NCBI GenBank assembly: GCA_043800705.1 | Contig: JAZDMS010000038.1 | Location: 1-63,913, forward strand | Source: Candidatus Altiarchaeota archaeon | Lineage (GTDB): Archaea; Altiarchaeota; Altiarchaeia; IMC4; SCGC-AAA252-I15 | Length of the DNA: 63,913 bases | Direction of reading: 5' to 3' | In this document: positions 37,629 to 46,385 of the stretch, in pieces | Position numbering within the stretch: position 1 is the stretch's first letter | Layout of the letters: every line of letters starts with the position of its first letter | The notes under the pieces: generated by a model | The model's database searches: none | Told to the model about the DNA's origin: nothing | What the model saw: only the letters and a program-made list of their open reading frames with translations | Made by a program: the position numbers and the translations under genes

Positions 37629-39278
37629 TTAAATATTTTCCTGCCACGTGCCTTTCCCATCAGGCACTTTATGGTAGTCCTGTCCGCCATTCATGTACTT
37701 CAGCACCGTCGTCGGCGCTTTCCCTGATTGGTCGGATAATTCCATGATCATCTGTATCACCGTCTCTTTGGTGTTCATTCCTGGTATTTTCTGCACCGTC
37801 GTGAGGGCGCTTGCGCCCGGGCCCTCTACCATGACGTTGTATAGTCCGTCTTCTCCTCCGTTCACTACGATGTCGTAGTTTTTGCCTTTTTGGGAGAGTT
37901 GGCCTTGTGCCGCGTTTTTCATGACCACTCTGCCGTCGGATACTAGGCCTCTTTCTTCCGCCGTCTTCCTGCTTTTTTTATCGCCGTATCCTCTGCCGTA
38001 TGCGCTCGACCATTCGCCGTAGTCTTCGAGGATTTCGGGGTGTCTCTTCGCCACCTGTCTGCCTCCGTCTCCGACGTTGATGTTGTTTTCGCCGTCCACC
38101 TTCACCGTCCCGTCCTCTTTGAGGTTCTGAAGCAGGTCCTTGGCGAACCTCGCCCTTCCGGCGGGAGTATCGTCGTAGTCTCCGGTGGCGGCGGTCTTCA
38201 CCGCAGCCATCCTCAACCTCTCGTTGGCGAACTCTTCTGCCTGCTTCAGGTCGTTCTTCACAGTCGGCTGCGTCCGCCCAGCCACGTCTCCCGCCGCCCC
38301 CTTCAGGCTCGAAGCGGCAGAAGTCACAAGCCCTCCTGCAGCGGCCCCCGCCGCCCCGCCTGCCGCTCCTCCCACGACCGCTCCGACTGCAGTCGTCGCC
38401 ATGCCGATGACAGCAGCCGCCCTGTCGAAGAGGCCGAATGTGATGATGGGGCTCAGGCCTGCGAGCAGGAATCCGATGAGGGACATGAAGAGGGCGAGGA
38501 ACGGCTCCAGGCCGTTGATTCTGGCCTGCGACGATGATTCGAACGATGCGGCGGCGGCTATGAGCATCCCGTAGCTGACCCGAAACAGGAGGCCCATGAT
38601 GGGGCCTGCCGCTATCGCCGAGACGAAGAGATTCACGCCTTTTTGGCCGAGCCTCGCGAGGTACCCTATCTGGCTGAAGTAGAGCGCCAGGATCGCGGGG
38701 AAAAACGCCCATATGAGTATCAATACCATGAACCTGCATAGGAACATCAGAAAGAGCAAGACGACGCAAATGAGCCCGAGGGGCGCTATCAGGCAGGCGA
38801 GCTCGAGGGATCCGAGGAACAGCAGCTTTGCAAGCGCGGGCTCCGTGGCATCGACTGGTCCGACAAACGCGTCAGTCAACGCTGCCGAGAAGTTCAAGCC
38901 CTCCTGGAATATCACACCGTTCATCGATACTATGATCATCCCTACTATGATCTTCTCTACTGCGAGCTTCGCGTTGGCCCTGCCGCCGGGGCTGTCGGCG
39001 GACAACACGTACCTGATGCCCTGATACATCAGCGCCACCATGAAGAAACCCGACAGCCAGAAGAAGCTGTCGTGTACGGCCGACATCAGCGGCCAGTTTT
39101 TCAGATCCGGCTTGGCTGCCATGTTCAATGCGATCAGCCTTATCGTCCCCTTGATGTTCAGGGTGAACGCGTTGATCGCGAAGTCGTAGACCCCCTTGAA
39201 CATGGCCTCGCCGATGTCCGCCTGCGCCAGCGCGGCGGCAAATAGGACCGCCAACGCGGCGCATACAAGCCTTCCCAT
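37629..39278 (-). CDS. VirB6/TrbL-like membrane protein with soluble C-terminal extension
   Basis: Signal peptide, GIRYVLSADSPGGRANAK, 6-7 TM, Gly/Ala-rich linker; ATG overlaps the upstream TGA. Confidence 0.6.
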   Translation of the reverse strand: MGRLVCAALAVLFAAALAQADIGEAMFKGVYDFAINAFTLNIKGTIRLIALNMAAKPDLKNWPLMSAVHDSFFWLSGFFMVALMYQGIRYVLSADSPGGRANAKLAVEKIIVGMIIVSMNGVIFQEGLNFSAALTDAFVGPVDATEPALAKLLFLGSLELACLIAPLGLICVVLLFLMFLCRFMVLILIWAFFPAILALYFSQIGYLARLGQKGVNLFVSAIAAGPIMGLLFRVSYGMLIAAAASFESSSQARINGLEPFLALFMSLIGFLLAGLSPIITFGLFDRAAAVIGMATTAVGAVVGGAAGGAAGAAAGGLVTSAASSLKGAAGDVAGRTQPTVKNDLKQAEEFANERLRMAAVKTAATGDYDDTPAGRARFAKDLLQNLKEDGTVKVDGENNINVGDGGRQVAKRHPEILEDYGEWSSAYGRGYGDKKSRKTAEERGLVSDGRVVMKNAAQGQLSQKGKNYDIVVNGGEDGLYNVMVEGPGASALTTVQKIPGMNTKETVIQMIMELSDQSGKAPTTVLKYMNGGQDYHKVPDGKGTWQENI

Positions 39279-41359
39279 CAGATCCACCTCCTCATCGTCG
39301 AGAACCAGTCCGTGAGCTTGTATCTCCCCTCGGCGGTGCTGCAGGCGACCGCAAATAGGAACAGCGGAGCCAGGGCAAGAAGGAGCAGGTCCCAGTCGTT
39401 CCGGAGCTTCTTTCCCTCGATCGTCAATGTCGCAGCCGACGGGCCAAGACCGTATTCGCCGCCATACTCCGCGATGCATGACAGGGAGCCTATGGGTGAT
39501 GGCACACCATACGTCGCTTTTCCCCGGGCGTCGGTAGATCCTTCCTGCAGGTATACGTTGCCGCATGTGACCCTTATCGTCCTGCCTTCGAGGGGTGTGC
39601 CGTTCATAGACAGGACGGCGGCTACCCTTACCTGCTCCCCGTCTGAGTCCTCTGCGCTGAGTGCGATACCGGTCGGTGCTGCTTCCCTGAGGCATTCCCT
39701 GAGCTTGAATGTCTGGTTCCTGAGCTCTTCTGGTCCGATGCAGGAGTCGTCGATGCAGAAACGCCCATCAGGACAGGGATTGTAGTAGTCGCAGCGGACC
39801 GCAGGCTTCCTTATCCTGTCCTTCACTCCGAGCACGGTGAGGGCCAGGTTTTCCGGCAGCATGGGGCCGGGCGCGATGAAGTCCAGCCTCCAGCTGCCGT
39901 TGCCGCCGGAGAAGTCCGTGACGATGAGGCTTTCACCTATGGTCGGCGGCGTCCCGTCAGGGACGGTCTCAGGGTATGTGAAGCCGTAGTAGCCCGTGTC
40001 GTTGTGTGATCCATTGATGGCGTAGTCGTCGGCCTGCAGGCGATATTCCTTCATGGACGGGCCGGATGCGTTCAACATGCGGTATAGGGTATGCCTCGGC
40101 GCGAACGTCATGAACCTGTAAGGTATGTCTCCTATGAGAAATGCGGAGGCGATGTCGGCGTCTACTTCCACGTAGCCCGTGATCGAGGAACCCGAATGCC
40201 CGAAGCTGCCGTTAACCATGATGTCCGGCTTCAGCTCGAGGATGTACTCCTTCCCATCAGTGCATTCGTACTCCCTCCCCGCAGCCTGCGAGACCCTGTT
40301 GTTCATGCACGTGTTCGCCTGGTCCCAGAGGTACCTGCAGTAGCACGGGTCGCTTTCCTGCCCCTTCGGCATCTCGATGTAGTACATGCTGGTGCCGTCC
40401 TCCGGCCTGCCGTATGTCCCAGTCGGCCTTTTGTCGCATGCGGCCTTTTCGCTCTTTTCCTCCCTGCATCTGCTGTTCGCCAGGTTCGTACAGGCGCTCC
40501 TGCAGCAGGATGAGCCGCAGCCGCCGCCTGAGCCGCCGGCGCCGCCCGTGCTCCTAGAGCCCGCCGCGTTGGCGCCGGCGCAGCCTTCCAAGCAGTTTTT
40601 CATGAACCTCTCCCTGTCGCATTTTTCCACCCAACCCATCACCTGATACGCGGAATCCAGGAGGACGAAACCTTTGCAGGTGTGGCTCAGCGTCACCTTC
40701 GCCTCAGACCCGTTCAGCGTGCAGTTGGCCTTGAGCATCCTCACCGAATGCACCGACTCCGGATAGGTCCCTGCCCCGTGCACGAGCGTCTCATTGTAGC
40801 ACAGTCGGCCGTTCACTGACACGACGGTGTTCTCTTCCACTGGGACGAGGTACTCCCTGTGGTATCCCCCTCCAGGCTCGCTTATGCAATAATTGTCCCA
40901 CGAACCGTTGACTGTTCTGGTAGTGCATCCTGCGCCGACATACAACGTCAGCGTTCCGGGAGAAGCCCACATCCTGTCGTGTTCCCCCTCATAGTAGGCG
41001 GGCTCTGCCACGTATATCAGCCCGCAGCCTTCGGTGAAAACTTCCCTGTCCGGTTCGACGCCGCCTAGGTTTATGTGCTCGGCACCCTGGCATCCGCCGG
41101 GATAATCGGCATCACGTCCTAAGCATTCCCCCCTCGCTTCAGTGTATGCTGCATTCCTGTCGTACGCGTCCTTCGTCCTCGTGTTCCACGCCTGCGCGGA
41201 GTCGTTGTAGAGTATGAGCCTGATGAAAGTGCTGTTGGCGATGGGACCGGTATCATACGACTGCGCGCAGACAGTCAGCGAGAATAAGGCGGATGCGAAT
41301 ATGATACCAATCCCGGTGGCGCGCATCCGCCGGGCAGACTTGAATGAATCCATAGCCAC
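39278..41359 (-). CDS. Large Cys-rich exported protein with Ig-like C-terminus and TM anchor
   Basis: Signal peptide (likely start MRATG), many Cys, Gly/Ser linker, TDARGKA Ig-like motif, C-terminal TM. Confidence 0.7.
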   Translation of the reverse strand: MAMDSFKSARRMRATGIGIIFASALFSLTVCAQSYDTGPIANSTFIRLILYNDSAQAWNTRTKDAYDRNAAYTEARGECLGRDADYPGGCQGAEHINLGGVEPDREVFTEGCGLIYVAEPAYYEGEHDRMWASPGTLTLYVGAGCTTRTVNGSWDNYCISEPGGGYHREYLVPVEENTVVSVNGRLCYNETLVHGAGTYPESVHSVRMLKANCTLNGSEAKVTLSHTCKGFVLLDSAYQVMGWVEKCDRERFMKNCLEGCAGANAAGSRSTGGAGGSGGGCGSSCCRSACTNLANSRCREEKSEKAACDKRPTGTYGRPEDGTSMYYIEMPKGQESDPCYCRYLWDQANTCMNNRVSQAAGREYECTDGKEYILELKPDIMVNGSFGHSGSSITGYVEVDADIASAFLIGDIPYRFMTFAPRHTLYRMLNASGPSMKEYRLQADDYAINGSHNDTGYYGFTYPETVPDGTPPTIGESLIVTDFSGGNGSWRLDFIAPGPMLPENLALTVLGVKDRIRKPAVRCDYYNPCPDGRFCIDDSCIGPEELRNQTFKLRECLREAAPTGIALSAEDSDGEQVRVAAVLSMNGTPLEGRTIRVTCGNVYLQEGSTDARGKATYGVPSPIGSLSCIAEYGGEYGLGPSAATLTIEGKKLRNDWDLLLLALAPLFLFAVACSTAEGRYKLTDWFSTMRRWI

Positions 41360-41559
41360 CGAAGAGAAGTAGGTGAAAAAAACCTTAAAAAAGGGTATAG
41401 TAAACAGTAATAATACGTCCTACTTCAATCTGGTGGATGCGCTTGTCAGGCTCGAACCCCGGAAACGGCCTCAAATCCACACGACTGCCCCGGTTCAAGG
41501 ATGCCTCGGCTTTTAACCTCTCAAGAGAATAAAATAGGCACATAATCGAGGTGCAACAT

Positions 41560-42171
41560 ATGAATTACCTGAAAACCGCCACATTGGTGGCGTTATCGAT
41601 GCTAGTATGCGGATGCATGTGCCAACCAGGGGAAGAAACGACAACCACCACGCTGGTCGGAGAAGAAGAGGGGACTCAGCCGACGGCGACGACCGCCGCC
41701 GCGGCCCCGACAACGACCTTGAAAGCCACGGCCACGACGCAGGCTGCCTCAGGCGGGGGGATAATCTCCGACCTCAAGGCCGCCCTATCGTCCGGTGTCG
41801 GATACCAGTGCACATACACATACCAAAACGTCCAGTCAGTGTCAAAGATGAAGGGCAAGAAATTCTCGAGCACGACCACGGTCGACGGTCAGGTCTCCAG
41901 GGCGATCAGCGACGGGACATGGATGTACACCTGGATGGATGGCCAGGCCCAAGGCATCAAATTCAACGTCGCCGAGATGCAGAAGAACGCCCAGGCGGCA
42001 CCGGGCCAAAAGAAGGCTCCCTCGATGGACGATATCGCGTCATCAGCCGACAATGTCCAATGCACGCCGACCACAGTCTCCGACAGCGAATTCAACCCCC
42101 CATCCGGCGTCGAGTTCCAGGACATGGGCGAATTCATGAAACAGCTTCAGGGGATGAATGTAGGGAACTGA
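41560..42171 (+). CDS. Lipoprotein with Thr/Ala-rich linker
   Basis: LVCGC lipobox, SDGTWMYTW, SEFNPPSGVEF; GAGGTG RBS. Confidence 0.8.
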   Translation: MNYLKTATLVALSMLVCGCMCQPGEETTTTTLVGEEEGTQPTATTAAAAPTTTLKATATTQAASGGGIISDLKAALSSGVGYQCTYTYQNVQSVSKMKGKKFSSTTTVDGQVSRAISDGTWMYTWMDGQAQGIKFNVAEMQKNAQAAPGQKKAPSMDDIASSADNVQCTPTTVSDSEFNPPSGVEFQDMGEFMKQLQGMNVGN

Positions 42172-42175
42172 ATTC

Positions 42176-42461
42176 CGGGAAACGACGGCAGACAACGTCG
42201 ACTCGCCCCCGCCAACCGGCGGGGGCATCCTCCATCTTCCTATACTGAAAACGCCCAGGCAAGGGCAGCCGCCAAAAACCACACAATCCAATAGACCCCC
42301 TCCCAGCACCGGCCTCTCGTAGGCCACGCACGCACCTCGATCACTATGTCCGCCGGGGGGCTTATCACGCTGCAGCCTGCCATCACATCAACCTCCGGGA
42401 CAAAGGCGGACGACGCATCAGCCAACCCCCCATTCGGCCTGTCGTTCCGCCATCACTCCCG
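42176..42461 (-). ncRNA. Candidate structured non-coding RNA (about 286 nt)
   Basis: Long terminal helix with G-U pairs on the minus strand, several internal hairpins, TTTTATT about 25 nt upstream. Confidence 0.35.
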
Positions 42462-42530
42462 TAAAAGGATTGGCGAGCCCAATAAAAGAAGAAGGGGCGA
42501 AAACGGGGACAAATAAGGGACAGGACGATA

Positions 42531-43190
42531 TCAAACCGGATTAAGATAGGCTTTCACTATGACGACGTCCTCAACAGGCCAGTTGGCGAACTGCCCCCTG
42601 CTAGAGGTATTTAATGCCCTGATTGTTTCCACAACCTCCATCCCGGATATGACGCGCCCGAAGACCGCATAACCCGGGTTCCCGGGGGAATAATCCAGGA
42701 ATGGGTTGTCCTTCACGTTGATGAAGAACTGGCTCGTCGCGCTGTCCGGCGCATTCGTCCTAGCCATGGCAATAGTGCCGGCCGTGTTCTTGAGGCTGTT
42801 ATTAGATTCTAGTTTTATCGGAAGCCTAACGGACTTCTGCACCCCCTCCTTAGTGAAGCCGCCGCCCTGTATCATGTAGGTCGGGATTACCCTATGAAAG
42901 ACAGTGCCGTCGTAGTGGCCGGACTTGACGTAAGATCTGAAATTCTCGACCGTCACGGGGGCCTTATCAGCGTCCAGCTCGACTTCGAACTTTCCCAAAG
43001 TGGTCTCAAAAACAGCTATCTTTCTCATATCAGTCTCCTCCCCGATACTTTCCGTCGATGCATTCGGCAAAAGTCTAATACTCCCCGTCGATGCATTCGG
43101 CCAAAGTCTATATATGGCAAACAAAGCAAATGCCAACAGCAATATCAGGATGATTATGCGATTGCCCCGCTTCGAACCCTTGGTTTTCAT
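42531..43190 (-). CDS. Cyclophilin-type peptidyl-prolyl isomerase with N-terminal TM
   Basis: APVTVENF, FHRVIPTYMIQGGG, AMART..PDSATSQFFIN, YAVFGRV. Confidence 0.93.
   Translation of the reverse strand: MKTKGSKRGNRIIILILLLAFALFAIYRLWPNASTGSIRLLPNASTESIGEETDMRKIAVFETTLGKFEVELDADKAPVTVENFRSYVKSGHYDGTVFHRVIPTYMIQGGGFTKEGVQKSVRLPIKLESNNSLKNTAGTIAMARTNAPDSATSQFFINVKDNPFLDYSPGNPGYAVFGRVISGMEVVETIRALNTSSRGQFANWPVEDVVIVKAYLNPV
43045..43110. repeat. 33-bp in-frame tandem duplication in the cyclophilin linker
   Basis: 30/33 identical; encodes RL(W/L)PNAST(G/E)SI twice. Confidence 0.9.
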
Positions 43191-43193
43191 CTA

Positions 43194-43736
43194 TCAGGGC
43201 AGGGATGCGTTCAGCGACAGCACCATCTCCCTCGTCTTCTCGGCAGCCTGCTCCGCCTGCTTCTTGCTCGTCGCCCCGGTTATGATGATCTTTCCGCTTC
43301 TGAATATCAGCATCACGGTGTTGAGGTCGTCGAGCCTGTACACGAGGCCGGGAAACTGCTCCGGCTCGTATTCGACGTTCCATGACTCCAATGCGATCGT
43401 GTCGAGGTTGACCTTGAAGTCCATGCTCGCTGACGAGACCATGTTTACGACTTCGACCTTCGGCTTCCCCTTCAAACGGATACCGGCCTTCCTCAGCTTG
43501 CCAAGAAGGATCTCCAACGCGGCGTCGATGTTCGCCTTCGTCCTCGAGCCGCTGCAGATCAGCTTGCCGGTCCTGAAAATCAGGAACGCGACCTTCAAGT
43601 CAGTGAGGCGGTATATGAGGCCGGGGAAGCTCTTGGGATTCTCTACCCCCGGAACCAGCTTAGCAATCTTCTTAAGATCAAGGTCCGTATCCAGCGTGAT
43701 ACAGGCCACCATGTTCTCGACTTTTACCTTCATCAT
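43194..43736 (-). CDS. tbp: TATA-box binding protein
   Basis: Two TBP repeats: ENMVA, FPGLIYRL, LIFRTGK; YEPEQFPGLVYR. Confidence 0.97.
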   Translation of the reverse strand: MMKVKVENMVACITLDTDLDLKKIAKLVPGVENPKSFPGLIYRLTDLKVAFLIFRTGKLICSGSRTKANIDAALEILLGKLRKAGIRLKGKPKVEVVNMVSSASMDFKVNLDTIALESWNVEYEPEQFPGLVYRLDDLNTVMLIFRSGKIIITGATSKKQAEQAAEKTREMVLSLNASLP

Positions 43737-43867
43737 TTTAGGGTGACATATTTAAAGGACATCCTCCTTTAAAAAGCCTTATAAATAGGCATAAACGGCT
43801 GAAAATGCATCATATGGGCGCATGCGGCCTTTCTGCGCTGCGGCATGGCCCGGATGGGGCAATAGAC

Positions 43868-44140
43868 CTATACCTTCTCAATGGTTCCGAACTTCCCTGT
43901 CGAGACCTGCATCTGGTCGCGGAAGGATTTGCACCATCCCTTCTTTATGACGACGACGTCTCCGGCGTTGTACTGGCCGATCTGGTCGTTCCACAGGGAG
44001 AGCGTGGCAGTCCCCGTGTCGTCCTTCGCAACCGTCGACTGGACCTTCCCGTAGCTGGTGTCCCGCGTCTCGCCCAGCGACTCGATGGTGAGCTTTATCT
44101 CCTCGACTGGCGCCTTGTCCTTCAAATCCGATACTTTCAT
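43868..44140 (-). CDS. ssb: Single-OB-fold ssDNA-binding protein
   Basis: MKVSDLK, DDTGTATLSLW, GKFGTI. Confidence 0.85.
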   Translation of the reverse strand: MKVSDLKDKAPVEEIKLTIESLGETRDTSYGKVQSTVAKDDTGTATLSLWNDQIGQYNAGDVVVIKKGWCKSFRDQMQVSTGKFGTIEKV

Positions 44141-44215
44141 GGAAAACACATAAGACTTGTTAAAATAAAAACGCACATGCCGTTATTAATACCCCCAATA
44201 TAGATAAATTACCGT

Positions 44216-45142
44216 ATGGATTTGTCATCCGTCCCTGAACTGTCGGACATGAACTTTTTACTGAATACCATAACCCTACTCATATCATTTGCTGCGGTCA
44301 TATACTGGATGAAGTTTTTCAGGCGGATATCAATCTCTGGGAAGCAGGGGATAGGCTGGGTGTGGATTTTCACCTCTGTCCTAATGGTATTGCTTCTGAA
44401 CCTGTCGGCGGTGGTTATCATATCAAACACTAGCATAATCCCGCTGGGTTTTACAAAAGTCTCATTAGTGGCGGTGAGCACGCTCGAGTTGATGAACACG
44501 TTAGGGCGTACACTAGTCGCCGTATCGGTCACAATCGGCTCATACCTCCTATGCCAGTCCATGAGGGCACGCGGTAACGTGAAGTTTGTATTCACGCCTG
44601 TGAAGCCGAGTCCAGAGCCGAAAAGCCAATCAACCCAGAAATATAAGCTGAAGGTTGGCTACAGCTACCTTGTCCCCAAGAATACACTAGCAGAATATGA
44701 GAGCCACAATACGGAGGCGGAAACGTCTTTGGCCATGGACCTATTCGCGGACTTGGTGACTCACGGATCGCTGGGATTCATAGTCACAAGAGACCATCCT
44801 AAGCGGATACGGGAAAGATACAACCTGTTGAAGACTCCGATGGTCTGGTTGGCGCGTGAGCAGACGGGCTCGGACACACTCCCCCCAACCGACCTGGCCG
44901 AACTGAACCACATAATCAAGGAATTCATCCACTCGACAGATGACTCCGTGGTCTTAATCAACGGCCTAGAATACCTGATAATACACAACAGCTTCGGAGA
45001 GACGCTGGAGCTGATACAGGGCCTCAACGACGTCGTAGTGCAAAGTACGGCCAGGTTGATTGTGTCCGTGGATTTGAGGGCTTTAACAGAGCAGCAACAG
45101 CATATTCTAGCATCCGAACTGGCGGAATACACGCATAAATGA
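44216..45142 (+). CDS. DUF835-domain membrane protein
   Basis: N-terminal TMs; TRDHP, MVWL, PTDL, VVLINGLEYLIIHNSF. Confidence 0.85.
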   Translation: MDLSSVPELSDMNFLLNTITLLISFAAVIYWMKFFRRISISGKQGIGWVWIFTSVLMVLLLNLSAVVIISNTSIIPLGFTKVSLVAVSTLELMNTLGRTLVAVSVTIGSYLLCQSMRARGNVKFVFTPVKPSPEPKSQSTQKYKLKVGYSYLVPKNTLAEYESHNTEAETSLAMDLFADLVTHGSLGFIVTRDHPKRIRERYNLLKTPMVWLAREQTGSDTLPPTDLAELNHIIKEFIHSTDDSVVLINGLEYLIIHNSFGETLELIQGLNDVVVQSTARLIVSVDLRALTEQQQHILASELAEYTHK

Positions 45143-45185
45143 CCGTTGGTTTTTACCCGCAGCCGTAAATCCATTAATGGTTCCT

Positions 45186-46325
45186 ATGAGGATCGCATTC
45201 GTCTACGACGTAATCTATCCCTACGTCAAGGGGGGGGTGGAGAAGAGGATATGGGAGCTCTCAAGGAGGCTCGCCGCCCGCGGCCACGACGTCCACGTCT
45301 ACGGGATGCGGCACTGGGCCGGTCCGTCGACGATTAAATCCGGGGGGATAACGTATCACGGAGTCTGCAGGCCCATGGGCCTATACAAAGAATCGGGCAG
45401 GCGCAGCATCCGCCAGGCGCTCTACTTCACATTCTGGCTCCCGTTCTCGCTCTTTCGGGAACGCTACGACATTGTCGACTGCCAGGCGGCACCCTACCTC
45501 CCGACGATGATGACGCGACTATACTCCTTCCTGACGGGCGTCCCCCTCGTGGTCACATGGCACGAGTACTGGGGCGCATACTGGAGCAGATACCTCGGCC
45601 TGCTCGGATCGGTCGGCATGCTGCTCGAGTACGTATGCGCCCGCCTAAGCGACCGCGCGTTCTCGGTATCCGAAAACACGAGGAGGCGGCTTGAGAAAAT
45701 GGGGGTCAAATCGGTCGACGCCCCCAACGGAGTGGATATGGCATACATCCGGGATACTAAGCCGGCCGAGGAGTCGGACATAATCTTCGTAGGCCGGCTC
45801 ATCAAGGACAAGAACGTCGACCTCCTCATCGACGCCGTATCGCTTGTAAGGGAGAGGAACCCCCCCCTCAGGGTCATCATCGTCGGCGTAGGCCCGGAAC
45901 GGGACCGCCTGGAGAAAAAGGCAAACAACCAGGACCTCAGCCACTGCGTCGAATTCATCGGCAACCAGCCGTATGAACGCGTCATAGGCCTCATGAAATC
46001 ATCGAAGGCGTTCGCGTTCCCCTCCACCCGGGAAGGATTCGGCATAGTCGCACTGGAGGCGAACGCCTGCGGCCTGCCGGTCGTCACGGTCAGGCACGAA
46101 CGCAACGCCGCAGCCGACCTCATAGAAGACGGCGCCAACGGATTCGTCGTACCACCCGAAGTAAAACCGTTCGCCGAAGCATTGTTGAAAATCCTACAGG
46201 ACGAGAAGCTCAGGAAAGACATGTACCTGAAATCCCTCAACAAGGCCGCCGGATACGACTGGGACAAGGTGGCGGGGATGCTCGAAAAAGAGTACGGGCG
46301 GATATTACCCCCTCCTGCCCGATAA
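45186..46325 (+). CDS. GT4 family glycosyltransferase
   Basis: YPYVKGGVE, FVGRLIKDKN, PSTREGFGIVALEANACG. Confidence 0.93.
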   Translation: MRIAFVYDVIYPYVKGGVEKRIWELSRRLAARGHDVHVYGMRHWAGPSTIKSGGITYHGVCRPMGLYKESGRRSIRQALYFTFWLPFSLFRERYDIVDCQAAPYLPTMMTRLYSFLTGVPLVVTWHEYWGAYWSRYLGLLGSVGMLLEYVCARLSDRAFSVSENTRRRLEKMGVKSVDAPNGVDMAYIRDTKPAEESDIIFVGRLIKDKNVDLLIDAVSLVRERNPPLRVIIVGVGPERDRLEKKANNQDLSHCVEFIGNQPYERVIGLMKSSKAFAFPSTREGFGIVALEANACGLPVVTVRHERNAAADLIEDGANGFVVPPEVKPFAEALLKILQDEKLRKDMYLKSLNKAAGYDWDKVAGMLEKEYGRILPPPAR

Positions 46326-46385
46326 TAACAACCCCTTATAGGTAGTACTTTATGTAGTCAAACGCAAAATCTATACTAATCACCC

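Noticed and set aside
39279-39695. N-terminal extension of the 688-aa ORF
   Set aside because: Overlaps the upstream gene out of frame; the signal peptide starts at ATG 39278
42240-42425. 61-aa ORF with hydrophobic C-terminus
   Set aside because: TTG start, no recognisable family, and it overlaps the structured element; not fully excluded
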